Source: an uncultured bacterium (GTDB lineage Bacteria > Desulfobacterota_D > UBA1144 > Nemesobacterales > UBA2774). From it: a stretch of DNA of 64,000 nucleotides. This document shows positions 14,392 through 28,507 of the stretch, in pieces. The notes beneath the pieces are model-generated. The model made no database searches. It had not been told where the DNA came from and saw nothing but the letters and a program-made list of their open reading frames with translations. Each line of letters begins with the position of its first letter. Positions within the stretch are counted from its first letter, which is position 1. The position numbers were made by a program, and so were the translations under genes. The stretch lies in assembly GCA_963825135.1 (NCBI GenBank), contig CAWGRW010000009.1, positions 2,048,001 to 2,112,000 of the forward strand. The letters run 5' to 3'.

Positions 14392-15384
14392 ATGGACCAC
14401 GCGATTATTTTCGTTTCATTGATAGTTGCAGTCGCCCCGGTGGTGGCGATTCTGTTTTTTATATGGTGGATCGACCGCTACGACAGGGAGCCCCTTAAGT
14501 ACGTTTTCGCGGCCTTCCTGTGGGGCGGTCTCGGGGCAATCGCCCTGTCCATACTCGGTACGGAAGCCGGTATAAGGATGCTGGGCAGGTTCGCCGACTA
14601 TTCGGGCTTCGATTTTCCGGCCGTCGTCCTGGCTCCCTTCATAGAGGAATTAATGAAGGGCCTCGTGGTGTTTTTCCTGCTGAGGTACCGTCAGTTCGAT
14701 AACGTAACGGACGGGCTCGTTTACGGCGCTGCCTCCGGTCTCGGGTTCGGAATGACGGAGAATTTCATGTATTTCACCCAGTTCGCGGGCAATTCCCCCG
14801 GATACGAGTGGCTTAACCTCCTCTTCATCAGGAGCATGATGACCGCGAATATGCACTGCGCCGCGAGCGCGACTTTCGGCGCGGGCATAAGTAAATTGAA
14901 AGACGGAGGGAAAAACGCCTGGATGTCCATGGGCGGGTTCTTTCTTCTGGCTGTCTTCCTCCATGCCACATGGAATTTTCTCGTTACGTCGAGGGACGAG
15001 GCTTACTGGGGGTTAGCGGTGCTCATCCTTCTTATTTACATCATTTTTATATTCGTAATTTTTGTGAGGGGCATTATGGGGGAGAGGAAGCAGCGGGAGG
15101 TGGTGCTCGTCGAGGAATTCGACCTGGGCGTCCTGCCTGCCGGCCATAAACAGATATTGATGTCATACAGGGCAATGAGAAAAGGGAACTGGTTCCCTGA
15201 CTACCTTAACAAAAACAAATACCTTTCGCTCGTCGGGCGTCTCGCGTTACGTAAAACCTCCTATTACAGGTCGGAGGGTAACCGTCAGGCCTCCCTTCAA
15301 AAAGAGATAGTGGAGCTGAGAAAGGAGCTCAAGAGGTTCGCAGATTTGATTCAGCGGCTGCAGCAGGAAAATACCGTTACGTAG
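14392..15384 (+). CDS. prsW: PrsW-family intramembrane protease
   Basis: DRYDREP, APFIEELMK, GLGFGMTEN, LHATWN motifs; multiple TM segments. Confidence 0.85.
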   Translation: MDHAIIFVSLIVAVAPVVAILFFIWWIDRYDREPLKYVFAAFLWGGLGAIALSILGTEAGIRMLGRFADYSGFDFPAVVLAPFIEELMKGLVVFFLLRYRQFDNVTDGLVYGAASGLGFGMTENFMYFTQFAGNSPGYEWLNLLFIRSMMTANMHCAASATFGAGISKLKDGGKNAWMSMGGFFLLAVFLHATWNFLVTSRDEAYWGLAVLILLIYIIFIFVIFVRGIMGERKQREVVLVEEFDLGVLPAGHKQILMSYRAMRKGNWFPDYLNKNKYLSLVGRLALRKTSYYRSEGNRQASLQKEIVELRKELKRFADLIQRLQQENTVT

Positions 15385-15535
15385 AGGGCGTGTCGTTGTT
15401 CACGGGCCGCGAAATACCTCCGGAATTCTGAATTTTAAAGAGCCGCTTTAGGGGCCCTCCCTATTGTATAAATTTCAGACCCCCTGTATCCTTACCTGGA
15501 TAATTGAAATACGGGTTTAACCATATAAAGAAAAA

Positions 15536-16597
15536 ATGAACATCAAGGATTTGAGTCCCGGGGAACTGGAAAAATTCGTTACTGATAAGGGGTTAGAGCC
15601 GTTCCGTGCGCGCCAGCTGGGCAAGTGGCTGTACAGGAAGGGCGCTTCGTCTTTCGACGAGATGACGGATCTATCGAAGGACACGAGGGAGCTGCTCAAG
15701 AGCTCTTTCTCTGCCGGGGATTCCATGGAGCTGGCGGAGGAGCAAATCTCGACCGACGGCACGAGGAAGTACCTGTTTAAGCTCCGGGACGGGAAGCAGA
15801 TAGAAAGCGTGCTCATACCGGACAAGAAGAGGCATACCCTGTGTATATCTTCTCAGGTCGGGTGCGCCCTCGGATGCACTTTCTGTCTTACGGGCACGAT
15901 TGGTAAGATAAGGAACCTGACCCCCTCCGAGATTCTGGACCAATACCTGCTCGTTAACCGGTTCAGCGGGGGCTCGGTGACGAATATCGTATTCATGGGT
16001 ATGGGGGAGCCGCTCGACAATCTTGAAAACCTCGTAAGGGCGCTCAAGACAATGACGGATGAAAATTTCCTGGGCCTGCCGCCGAAGAGGATAACGGTTT
16101 CGACTTCCGGTATCGTCCCCAAAATAAAGGAGCTCGGTGAGCAGGTCTCGGTCAACCTCGCAGTTTCACTCAACGCGCCGCGGGATGAACTGAGGGACGT
16201 CCTCATGCCTATCAATAAAAAGTATCCGATAAAGGACCTCCTTAAAGCGAGCGTGAAATTCCCCGTCCCGCCGAGAAAGCTGCTTATGTTCGAATACGTC
16301 CTTTTGAGCAAGGTCAACGACTCCGACAGGGACGCCTACGACCTGGGCCGCCTGCTTCGCGGTATCAATTGCAAGGTCAACCTGATTCCGTTCAACGAAG
16401 CGGGCCCCCTGCCTTACCGCTCGCCGACGAGGGAGAGGGTGCTCGGTTTCCAGGACATACTTATTTCGTTCGGTATAAACGTCAGGATAAGAAAGAGCCG
16501 CGGGAGCGATATCCTCGGGGCATGCGGCCAGCTGGCCGCCGAATACCCGGCCAGAAAGATAAAGAGTGAAAAAAGCGCCGCCCGGGCTGCTATATAA
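15536..16597 (+). CDS. rlmN: 23S rRNA m2A2503 / tRNA radical SAM methyltransferase
   Basis: CISSQVGCALGCTFC, FMGMGEPL, ACGQL. Confidence 0.96.
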   Translation: MNIKDLSPGELEKFVTDKGLEPFRARQLGKWLYRKGASSFDEMTDLSKDTRELLKSSFSAGDSMELAEEQISTDGTRKYLFKLRDGKQIESVLIPDKKRHTLCISSQVGCALGCTFCLTGTIGKIRNLTPSEILDQYLLVNRFSGGSVTNIVFMGMGEPLDNLENLVRALKTMTDENFLGLPPKRITVSTSGIVPKIKELGEQVSVNLAVSLNAPRDELRDVLMPINKKYPIKDLLKASVKFPVPPRKLLMFEYVLLSKVNDSDRDAYDLGRLLRGINCKVNLIPFNEAGPLPYRSPTRERVLGFQDILISFGINVRIRKSRGSDILGACGQLAAEYPARKIKSEKSAARAAI

Positions 16598-16626
16598 GAT
16601 AAAACGGACACAGGGTTTTCAGATAA

Positions 16627-19260
<2,634 letters not shown>

Positions 19261-19273
19261 TTTGCCGGGCCGC

Positions 19274-20170
19274 CTACTTGTTTATTCCCTTTTCTTCTAG
19301 TACTTCTTTAATCTTCTTGAGAGCGGCGCTCTCTATCTGCCTGACTCTTTCTCTTGATATCTTGAATTTGCTTCCGAGCTCTTCGAGCGTAAGGGGCTGA
19401 TCGGACAATACGCGCTTCTCGATAATGTACCGCTCCCGGTCCTTGAGGGTTTTCATGGCGACCGCCATTCCCTTCCTCACCCGCTCGTCTTCCTCCGCCC
19501 TTGTAAGGAACTCTTCCTGGCTGTCTTCTCCCCCGGTGAGGAAGTCCAGATGGGACGCGTCCTTCTCGCTCGTGAGCTCGGCGTCGAGCGACAGGTCCTT
19601 GCTCCCCATCCTCTGCTCCATTTCGATGACGGCTTCGTCGGGCACGTCGAGCTTCTGGGCGAGCTCTCTGTAATCCTCGGCGCTCAGGGTATCTCCGCCC
19701 ATTTCGAGCTCTTTTTTCGTCGAACGCAGTTTATAGAAGAGCTTTCTCTGGGCCTGCGTCGTGCCTACCTTCACGAGGCTCCAGCTCTTGATTATGTAGT
19801 TCTGGATATACGCCCTTATCCACCAGACGGCGTAGGAAATTAGACGGTAGCCTTTGGTCGGGTCGAAACCCTTTACCGCGTGCATGAGCCCGACGTTCCC
19901 CTCCTGGATTATGTCCATCGTGTTGATGCCGTAGTTCTTATATTCGTTCGCCACCCTTACGACGAATTTCAGGTTGGACGTGACGAGCTTCCGCGCGGCG
20001 TCGAGGTCGCCGTCGCTTCTGTATTTCATGGCGAGCTTGTATTCTTCATCCCGGCTCAGCACGGGGTAGTTGCTCAGTTCGGCGAGGTATCTGTGGAGGG
20101 ACGTCGTATGGGCGGGTAGAAGCGTGCTCGCGTGTTTCTTTTCTTTCTTTTTTTCTGAATCCTGAGACAT
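19274..20170 (-). CDS. rpoH: RNA polymerase sigma-32 factor
   Basis: Sigma70 regions 2 and 4 plus RpoH box QAQRKLFYKLR. Confidence 0.93.
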   Translation of the reverse strand: MSQDSEKKKEKKHASTLLPAHTTSLHRYLAELSNYPVLSRDEEYKLAMKYRSDGDLDAARKLVTSNLKFVVRVANEYKNYGINTMDIIQEGNVGLMHAVKGFDPTKGYRLISYAVWWIRAYIQNYIIKSWSLVKVGTTQAQRKLFYKLRSTKKELEMGGDTLSAEDYRELAQKLDVPDEAVIEMEQRMGSKDLSLDAELTSEKDASHLDFLTGGEDSQEEFLTRAEEDERVRKGMAVAMKTLKDRERYIIEKRVLSDQPLTLEELGSKFKISRERVRQIESAALKKIKEVLEEKGINK

Positions 20171-20297
20171 TTGGCCCGTTTTATCGCTTGAAGAGTATTA
20201 AGTAGTATACGTTTCAGGGGGATGCTAATCAACCGGGGATTTCTTTGGCGGCGTAACGCGCCGTAGTCGTTATACATATGAAATTGACTAAAAACTC

Positions 20298-20326
20298 TTG
20301 ACTCATATACTCCTTATGTATAGATT
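20298..20326 (+). promoter_or_regulatory. Sigma70-type promoter for tRNA-Asn
   Basis: TTGACT-N17-TAGATT about 33 bp upstream of the tRNA. Confidence 0.6.
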
Positions 20327-20359
20327 ATTCTGTTTAACTCAGAGCTTATAAAAATCGGT

Positions 20360-20435
20360 TCCGGCGTAGCTCAGCTGGCAGAGCGGGTGACTGTTAATCA
20401 CCATGTCGGGAGTTCGAATCTCTCCGCCGGAGCCA
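20360..20435 (+). tRNA. tRNA-Asn (GTT)
   Basis: 76-nt cloverleaf TCCGGCG...CGCCGGAGCCA; anticodon arm GGTGA-CT-GTT-AA-TCACC; GTTCGAATC T-loop; encoded CCA. Confidence 0.97.
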
Positions 20436-20558
20436 ATTATATTCAATAAATTCAAACAATGATATTTTCATCCCGAATTATGAACTTTTTATGGAATAGA
20501 ATGTCAGTGAATTTGTAAGTAACTCGGCAATAGGGTTAGCCAAAATTTATATACTTAT

Positions 20559-21263
20559 ATGAGGATTGCTAGTTTAAATATAAGGCATGTTGGTGGTAAT
20601 AGGGTAGATAGAATTTTGAATACTCTGGATAGTTATAAGTCCGATATTCTTGTATTATGTGAATTTAGAAGTAATTCCATAGGACAAAGAATCCGAAATG
20701 ATTTAAACCGGAAAGGATACGATTATTTTGTCACGGCTAAGGCTCAAAAATTCTATATTAATAGTGTATCGATTATTTCGAAATCTCCGTTTGAAATTAA
20801 ATCTAGCTGTTTTGATTTAGGAGTTCATTCTCACCGGATTATTGAGGTTGATTTTCAAAACTTTAAAATATTGGCGGTTTATTTCCGCAACAAAGAAGAA
20901 AAAAAACCGGTATTTGATTTTTTGATGGAGTATTGTTTGGAAAATCTAAAAGATAATGTAGCAATAATAGGTGATTTTAACACGGGTAAACATTATATCG
21001 ATGAGAAAAAGAGTATTTTTCTGTGCGCTGATTATATTAGCAGAATGGAAGATATGGGATGGATAGATGGATGGAGAAGATTTCATAATGACAAAAAGGA
21101 ATACACATGGTATAGCAGCAAGGGAAATGGATTCAGAATTGACCATATTTTTTGCACGCCTAGCTTCGGCAAAGTTTTGAAAAACGTCGTGTACTCACAT
21201 CAAGTAAGAGAAGATAAGATTACTGACCATTCAGCTTTAATTATTGACTTAGATTTCTGCTAA
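20559..21263 (+). CDS. Endonuclease/exonuclease/phosphatase (Xth-like) family protein
   Basis: SLNI, DILVLCE, IGDFN, YTW, RIDH, TDHS motifs; markedly AT-rich compared with flanks. Confidence 0.88.
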   Translation: MRIASLNIRHVGGNRVDRILNTLDSYKSDILVLCEFRSNSIGQRIRNDLNRKGYDYFVTAKAQKFYINSVSIISKSPFEIKSSCFDLGVHSHRIIEVDFQNFKILAVYFRNKEEKKPVFDFLMEYCLENLKDNVAIIGDFNTGKHYIDEKKSIFLCADYISRMEDMGWIDGWRRFHNDKKEYTWYSSKGNGFRIDHIFCTPSFGKVLKNVVYSHQVREDKITDHSALIIDLDFC

Positions 21264-21289
21264 ATTTCATCGGCGACTGATATTAAAAT

Positions 21290-21492
21290 CTAATGTTCAA
21301 GCCGGTTGAATTTTTCAGAAAGTGAATCCAATAATGGCCTCGAAAGCGATTCAACAGCCTCAACTAAAGAGTTTTCCTGGTGAGAATATCTTATAGTGGT
21401 TTTTAAGTCAGCATGGCCGAGAATTTTACTAACGGTTACTATATCTCTAGATTTTCAATTATCCTAGTGACTGCTGTATATCTGAGGTCGAG
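21290..21492 (-). pseudogene. Tyrosine recombinase/integrase C-terminal remnant
   Basis: Manual translation gives LDLRYTAVTRIIEN (degenerate HxLRHT box), a frameshift, then DIVTVSKILGHADLKTTIRYSH (LGH and catalytic Y); no N-terminal part. Confidence 0.8.
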
Positions 21493-21541
21493 ATCCCTCT
21501 GATGAGCTCCTCGGATTCCCCATGTAATATATTGACACCTC

Positions 21542-21832
21542 GTGGATCAATTCAACCGGACTGTTAACAAAGCTATGTTTGAAGGTCGTTATTTGAAATG
21601 GATAATCATCTTGGGATTGGCTTTATTATTTTCAGGCTGTTTCGGCATATCCAAAGAGGACAGGGCCGTGGAATATCAGTTACGATACCAAAAGAGGCTC
21701 GACTGTACGCAGACAAAGAACACGAGCGAAAGCGCCAATGTTACTCAATGCCCGAAGGCAAGGCCGGGTTCTACACCAAGACCGACGCCGACATCAACAC
21801 CAAAACCAAAACCAACTAATTCTGCTAATTGA
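21542..21832 (+). CDS. Small putative lipoprotein with Pro/Thr-rich tail (true start probably TTG at 21593)
   Basis: Hydrophobic stretch ending in lipobox LFSG-C; PTPTSTPKPKP tail. Confidence 0.6.
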   Translation: MDQFNRTVNKAMFEGRYLKWIIILGLALLFSGCFGISKEDRAVEYQLRYQKRLDCTQTKNTSESANVTQCPKARPGSTPRPTPTSTPKPKPTNSAN

Positions 21833-21864
21833 TCCCGCCGCATGATTTCATCAAGATAAGAAAA

Positions 21865-24581
21865 TCACCCCTCCTTCTTATACACCTGTGCGCCGCCGCG
21901 GGGGACTTCGAGGATAAGCTCGCTGTTTATGTGTCCGTACATCTGTATGAGCTTTGCGACGAGGCCCGACCAGCCCGTCTGATGGCTCGCGCCGATGCCC
22001 GCGCCGTTGTCCCCGTGAAAGTACTCGTAGAATAAGATGTAGTCCCTGAAGTGCGGGTCCGTCTGGAATTTCTCTGTATCCCCGTAAACAGGCCTCCTCC
22101 CTTTTTCATCCTTCCGGAATATGCTCACGAGGCGTCTGGATATTTCCTCGGCGGCTTCGTAGAGGGTCATGAATTTCCCGGAACCTGTCGGGCACTCGAC
22201 CTTGAATTCGTCGCCGTAGTATTTATAGAGGTGAATGAGCGCCCTTATTATCATGGCATTGATCGGGAACCATATCGGGCCCCGCCAGTTGGAATTACCT
22301 CCGAAGAGGCCGGAGGAGGATTCGGCGGGCATATACTCGACCTTATACTCCTCGCCGTGGACTTTGAATATATAAGGGTGTTCCTTGTGGTAGCGGGAGA
22401 TGGAGCGTATCCCGTAATCGCTCAGGAACTCGTTCTCGTCGAGCATCTTCGAAAGCACGCGCTTGAGCTTGTCTTCGTTGAGTATGGATAGAAGATACCT
22501 GTTCGCGTACCCGAGCTTGTCGGGCGGGTGGATGGTGGCAAGCAGGTCCGGCATCCTGCTGAGGCGTCTCGCCAGACGCTCCTTGAATTTCGGGAAGCGT
22601 TCCACCATATCATAATCGTAAACAGTCGAAGCGCAGAGCGGCAGGAGGCCGACGAGCGACCTGACTTTTAAACGCTTGGCACTCCCGTCGGGGAACCGCA
22701 GCAGGTCATAGAAGAATCCGTCCTCTTCGTCCCACATCTCGTCGTGATGCTCTCCCGCGCGGTCCATCGCGGAGGCGATCCAGAGGAAATGCTCCGCGAA
22801 CTTCAAGGCCATGTCTTCATAGGTCGGATCGAACTTCGAAAGCTCAAACGCGATCTCGAGCATGTTCTGGCAGAACATCGCCATCCACGCCGTTCCGTCC
22901 GCCTGCTCGAGGAAGCCCCCGGTCGGAAGCGGCGAGCTGCGGTCGAATACTCCGATGTTGTCGAGGCCGAGGAACCCGCCTTCGAAGACATTCTTTCCGT
23001 GACGGTCCTTCCTGTTCACCCACCACGTGAAGTTGAGCACGAGCTTGTCGAATACCTGTTTCAGGAATTCGACGTTCCCCTTTCCGTAAACCACTTTCTG
23101 CGTGTGATAGAGGAATAGGCACGCGAACGCGTGTACGGGAGGGTTCACGTCGCTGAAGTTCCATTCGTATGCCGGTATCTGGCCGTTCGGGTGGAGATAG
23201 ACCTCGCGCAGCATGAGCTCGAGCTGATCCCTTGAGAAGTCGGGGTCGACCATGTCGAGCGCCAGGGTATGAAAGCCGAGGTCCCATGCGGCATACCAGG
23301 GGTATTCCCACTTGTCGGGCATGGATATCACGTCGTCGTTTATCATGTGGAACCATTCCCAGTTCCTGACGTTCTTTCCGGGACTGACGGCCCTGATGTC
23401 GGCGCCGTGCTCTCTCAGCCATGTGTCGAGATCGAAATAGTAGTACTGCTTTGACCATAGCATACCGGCCAGCGCCTGACGCATCACGTTTCTTCGAATC
23501 TTCGTCTATGGAGGGCGGGGTGATCGAGCCGTAAAACTCGTCCGCTTCTGTCTTTCGCGCGGTCACGGTCTTGTCGAAGGTCCTGAACGGGTTCTTCCCG
23601 GCGAGCTCCGGGGATTTGACCGAGAGGATGAGGCGCACCTTCTTTTCTTCTCCGCCTGCGATCGAGAGCGTATAATGGGCCGATACCTTCGTGCCGGTAT
23701 TGCCGGGGTTGACGGATTCCTTTCTCCCTTTCACAATATAATCGTTGATGCCGTCCTTTACGTAGGGACTGCCGTTAGGGTGTCCCGAATATCCGCTCCG
23801 TGTTCGTTTCGTTCTCCGTAAAGAGGAGCTTTGCGCCGCCTTCGCAGTAGAGGTACCTTTGCCCGAGGGTCTCGTGCGACGCCTCGGCCGCGGTGAATTC
23901 CTCCCCCGTGTTCGTCTGCTTAATGACGGGTTTTGGCGTCGGTTCGGACCATGACCAGGTGTTCCTGAACCAGAGTGTGGGGAGAATGTGAATCTCCGCG
24001 GTCTCTTTTCCCCGGTTGACGACGTTGACGCTTATAAGGATTTCTTCGGGGGATTCCTTCGCATATTCGACGAATACGTCGAAATACCCATCGTCGTCGA
24101 ATACGCCCGTATTTATGAGCTCGTATTCGAGCTCGTATCGGGTCGCCTTTCTGTTTTTCTCCACAAGGTCCCTGTAGGGGTACGCGGACCGGGGGTATTT
24201 ATAGAGGTACTTCATGTACGAGTGCGTCGGCGTGCTGTCTATATAATAGTAGTACTCCTTCACGTCTTCGCCGTGGTTCCCTTCGCTGTTCGTAAGGCCG
24301 AAGAGGCGTTCTTTTATGATGGGGTCTTTGCCGTTCCAGAGGGCGAGCGCGAAGCAGAGTGTCTGCTTGTCGTCGGAGATGCCGGCGAGCCCGTCCTCTC
24401 CCCACCTGTAGGCGCGTGAGCGGGCATGGTCGTGCGGAAAGTAGTCCCACGCCGTGCCGTGTTCGCTGTAGTCCTCCCTCACCGTACCCCACTGCCTCTC
24501 GCTCAGATAGGGGCCCCACTTCTTCCAGGGTACGATCTTCTCACTCGCATCTTTAAGGCGCTTTTTCTCAATACTGTCCAC
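21865..24581 (-). CDS. GH63/MGH1-like glucosidase, interrupted by two +1 frameshifts (about 23778 and 23490)
   Basis: Three consecutive frames (23775..24581, part of 22844..23734, 21865..23487) align to the intact paralog at 38447..41143 ([29 protein letters not shown]). Confidence 0.9.
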
Positions 24582-25229
24582 GGGTACCCCCTTATAATAC
24601 CTGCAGAGCGTGTTGATCGGACGGATTCATGGTCATATCGATCCGGCGCTCACACAATTTATTCCACGCGATAATTTTTGGAATCGGCCGATGGAAATAA
24701 TACTATTTACTACTCGTATTTACCACCGGATAGAAAAGAATGACTGCGAGCTTTACGGGTTTTATCGTGGGGTCGGAGGGTCTCCCGGTCATAATCGGAG
24801 GTAACGGAAATTCACTTATCCCGAGATAAATATCGGGAATAAAGAGCAATAATAAGTGTAGAACCACTGTAAATACAACTAATTTACTTGCATATATTTA
24901 TCATGCATGCTAGCATGAAACTATATTACATATGGATTGGGCTATAGGTACGGGGACCTCTTAAATTGTTGCTGTAATTTAACTTATCATCAACGGGGGG
25001 GTGATTAAGTTTATTACGATAATCAAGAGCGGCAGGTACGGCCTGTTGCGGCGGAGCCCTTTGCACTTACCAGCTAAGAAAGTCCACTTGTCGATCAGCG
25101 GCTATGCGGGGAGGGTTCTCCATATGATGCATCCTTTGATCTTCTGTACCCTCTCTTGAAGATTCCGGTAAATAAAAAACAACAGAACAAACGATGGAAT
25201 TATAAAAACTAACAAATATATCTGGAGGT

Positions 25230-25676
25230 GTGGTCGTGAAAAAATCGAGTGTATTTCAAATTTATCTGTTTTTATTCGTTTTTAGTATCGTCATTGCTGT
25301 ACCGGTTCTCCGGGCGTCCGCAGAAGAAACGGTAGCGGAGGCGGTAGCGAAGGAAATGCCGGTGTTAAAGGGCGACCAGTGGGTGGCCATGGACGAGAAT
25401 GCCAAGGTCGCATTTATCTGGGGTGCAGGTCACGTCATTACGATCGAAGAGGTGATAATGGAAAAATATCCCGACCAGAAGCGAGATACGTTCGTGACGA
25501 AGGTAGTCGAAGCCGCTTCGAATACTCCTATGACTATGAGTCAGGTCGTAGCCATGGTCGATAAGTTCTATAAGGATAATCCCGATAAGACTGATACGCC
25601 TGTGATGGCCGTTATATGGGACACGATGATTAAGCCCAACATTAAAACCGGTATAGGGGGCAAGCCGTTGAATTAA
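25230..25676 (+). CDS. Secreted hypothetical protein
   Basis: GGAGG RBS; signal-peptide-like N-terminus. Confidence 0.7.
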   Translation: MVVKKSSVFQIYLFLFVFSIVIAVPVLRASAEETVAEAVAKEMPVLKGDQWVAMDENAKVAFIWGAGHVITIEEVIMEKYPDQKRDTFVTKVVEAASNTPMTMSQVVAMVDKFYKDNPDKTDTPVMAVIWDTMIKPNIKTGIGGKPLN

Positions 25677-25706
25677 TCTGACAGGACTTCAAAAAGGAGA
25701 TCAAAA

Positions 25707-26625
<919 letters not shown>

Positions 26626-26840
26626 CCGGGTAACTCATCCGGACGATCCGTAATTCCTTATCGATATACGTGTATTGAGGAAATAACACTGAAGCCCGGG
26701 GTTTTGTTTGATGAGTCTCGACGGATAATGTCGAGAGATTAGGACGTTTCGGGTATTGTAAGAATCTGTACTGAGAGCATTTATGCTGAGAGGTATGTAA
26801 ATTTGCAATTTGGAGTTGAAATAAATTACGGGGGTGTGTT

Positions 26841-27659
26841 ATGAAGAGACTGGCTTTCAATAAGTGCACATGGGCTTTTTTTCTTTTTCTCTTGCTCGCT
26901 TTGCCTGCGCTTTCGCAGACTGAGCAAGGGGTCGAGGTAAAGGACGCGCCCAGGATCGATCCCGAATCCATATCGGACCTTGTGGAATCTCTGGAATTCC
27001 TCTCGAAGGCCGGCAGCTTCAGCTTCACGGCGGAGCAGGAGTACGACGCTCTCCAGGGAAACGGCCAGAAGATAGAGTTCGGAGGCGTCCACAAGCTCAC
27101 GGTGGTGCGTCCCGATAAGGTGCGCTCCTACATAGTCTCGAGGGACGGGAGTAACAAGCTGTTCATATTTGACGGCAAAGACATCTATTACTCCGACCTC
27201 GAACAGAACGTCTATGCGAGCGTACCCAGGCCGGGGGACATCAACCAGGCCATGGATTACTTTACCGAGAATCTGCAAATGCCGCTCCCGCTCGGACAGC
27301 TGATATCGAGCGACACGTACGAGTGGGTGAAGAAGGAGATATATGCTGGGGGATTCGTCGACCAATCGACGATAAACGGGGTATTGTGTGACCACCTCGC
27401 GTTCAGGACCAAAAATATTGATTTTCAAGTCTGGATCGCGGCCGAGGGCGACCCTCTCCAGATGAGGCTCGTCATCGATTACAAGAATGCCCCCGGAGAG
27501 CCTCAGTTCCGGGCTGCGTTTAGAGACTGGAACATGAACCCAGAAATATCCGATTCGCTCTTCGTGTTTAAACCGGCAGAGAATATGCAGAAGATCGCGT
27601 TCGCGCCGGTGCTGCGCACGGAGATAAAAGCTGAAGAAAAAGAGGGAGAGAAGAAATGA
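26841..27659 (+). CDS. DUF2092-family periplasmic protein
   Basis: Signal peptide; GQKIEF, VRPDK, CDHLAFR, DFQVWI pattern typical of DUF2092. Confidence 0.8.
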   Translation: MKRLAFNKCTWAFFLFLLLALPALSQTEQGVEVKDAPRIDPESISDLVESLEFLSKAGSFSFTAEQEYDALQGNGQKIEFGGVHKLTVVRPDKVRSYIVSRDGSNKLFIFDGKDIYYSDLEQNVYASVPRPGDINQAMDYFTENLQMPLPLGQLISSDTYEWVKKEIYAGGFVDQSTINGVLCDHLAFRTKNIDFQVWIAAEGDPLQMRLVIDYKNAPGEPQFRAAFRDWNMNPEISDSLFVFKPAENMQKIAFAPVLRTEIKAEEKEGEKK

Positions 27660-28348
27660 GAACCGACAACAAGCATATAATGAAATTTTTATTATTCGCC
27701 GTCATGTTTTTATTCCTTGTTGGCGCTTTAGAGACCTATGCAAGGGGCAGAGGGTCTGGCAGAAGCGCCAACAGAAGCAGCAACAGGAATATAAGCAGAC
27801 AGGGACCGGCCCGGACGGGATCGATGAAATCGAGCGATTTCGGCAGTCAATCGAACAGATCGAGCTCCCGGAACGTACAGCGGAGCAGCAGCAATACAGG
27901 CAGCCAGACTCAGAGGAAACAGAAGGCACAGGACTACAAGGCCGCAAACCCGGACAAGGCGAAAGACTTCCAGGACAAGCGCGCGGATAATGCAAAGGAA
28001 TTCCAGGACGACCGTCAGGACTACCAGACGGACAAGCGTGAGGACTGGCAGGACTATGGTAACAATGCCCGAAATGACCGTCAGGATTTTTACGATGACA
28101 ATAACAACTACAGATATGACGACGATTGGGATTGGGGCGACAACGTCGAATACCCGTATGCCGCGGCGGCCGCAATAGCCGTCGGTACAGCGCTGACCGT
28201 TTCCGCGTACAATTCGATGGCCTGTAACCCGACAACGGTTTACGTGAACGGAGTGACGTATTATCAATGCGGCTCGACGTGGTATAACCAGGCGTATCAG
28301 CAGGGAGACGTCGTCTATGTAGTTGTCGACAGACCGTCCGGGTACTGA
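27656..28348 (+). CDS. Secreted low-complexity protein with C-terminal YYQCG domain
   Basis: 4-bp overlap with the DUF2092 gene; signal peptide, R/S/N- and Q/D-rich middle, C-terminal VNGVTYYQCGSTWY. Confidence 0.75.
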   Translation: MRTDNKHIMKFLLFAVMFLFLVGALETYARGRGSGRSANRSSNRNISRQGPARTGSMKSSDFGSQSNRSSSRNVQRSSSNTGSQTQRKQKAQDYKAANPDKAKDFQDKRADNAKEFQDDRQDYQTDKREDWQDYGNNARNDRQDFYDDNNNYRYDDDWDWGDNVEYPYAAAAAIAVGTALTVSAYNSMACNPTTVYVNGVTYYQCGSTWYNQAYQQGDVVYVVVDRPSGY

Positions 28349-28507
28349 GGTTCTTTTCGGTGCCGGCACCTTACACAATCGGCATTTACAGGTAATCGAT
28401 TGCCGGCCGGGGACATTGATTTAATACCTACGTTCGATAGTTATATCCCGATGTTCCATAAGCAACCGGAAGGGTTGCGGTTATCCTGAAATAGACGCCG
28501 GGGAACA

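Noticed and set aside
20205..20243. ECF-like half-sites upstream of rpoH, also seen upstream of the antiporter and LOG genes
   Set aside because: Spacers are not 16 bp, so they were not counted in the regulon
25000..25160. Possible short ORF or structured RNA in the long intergenic region
   Set aside because: No homology cue and only imperfect pairing; unsupported
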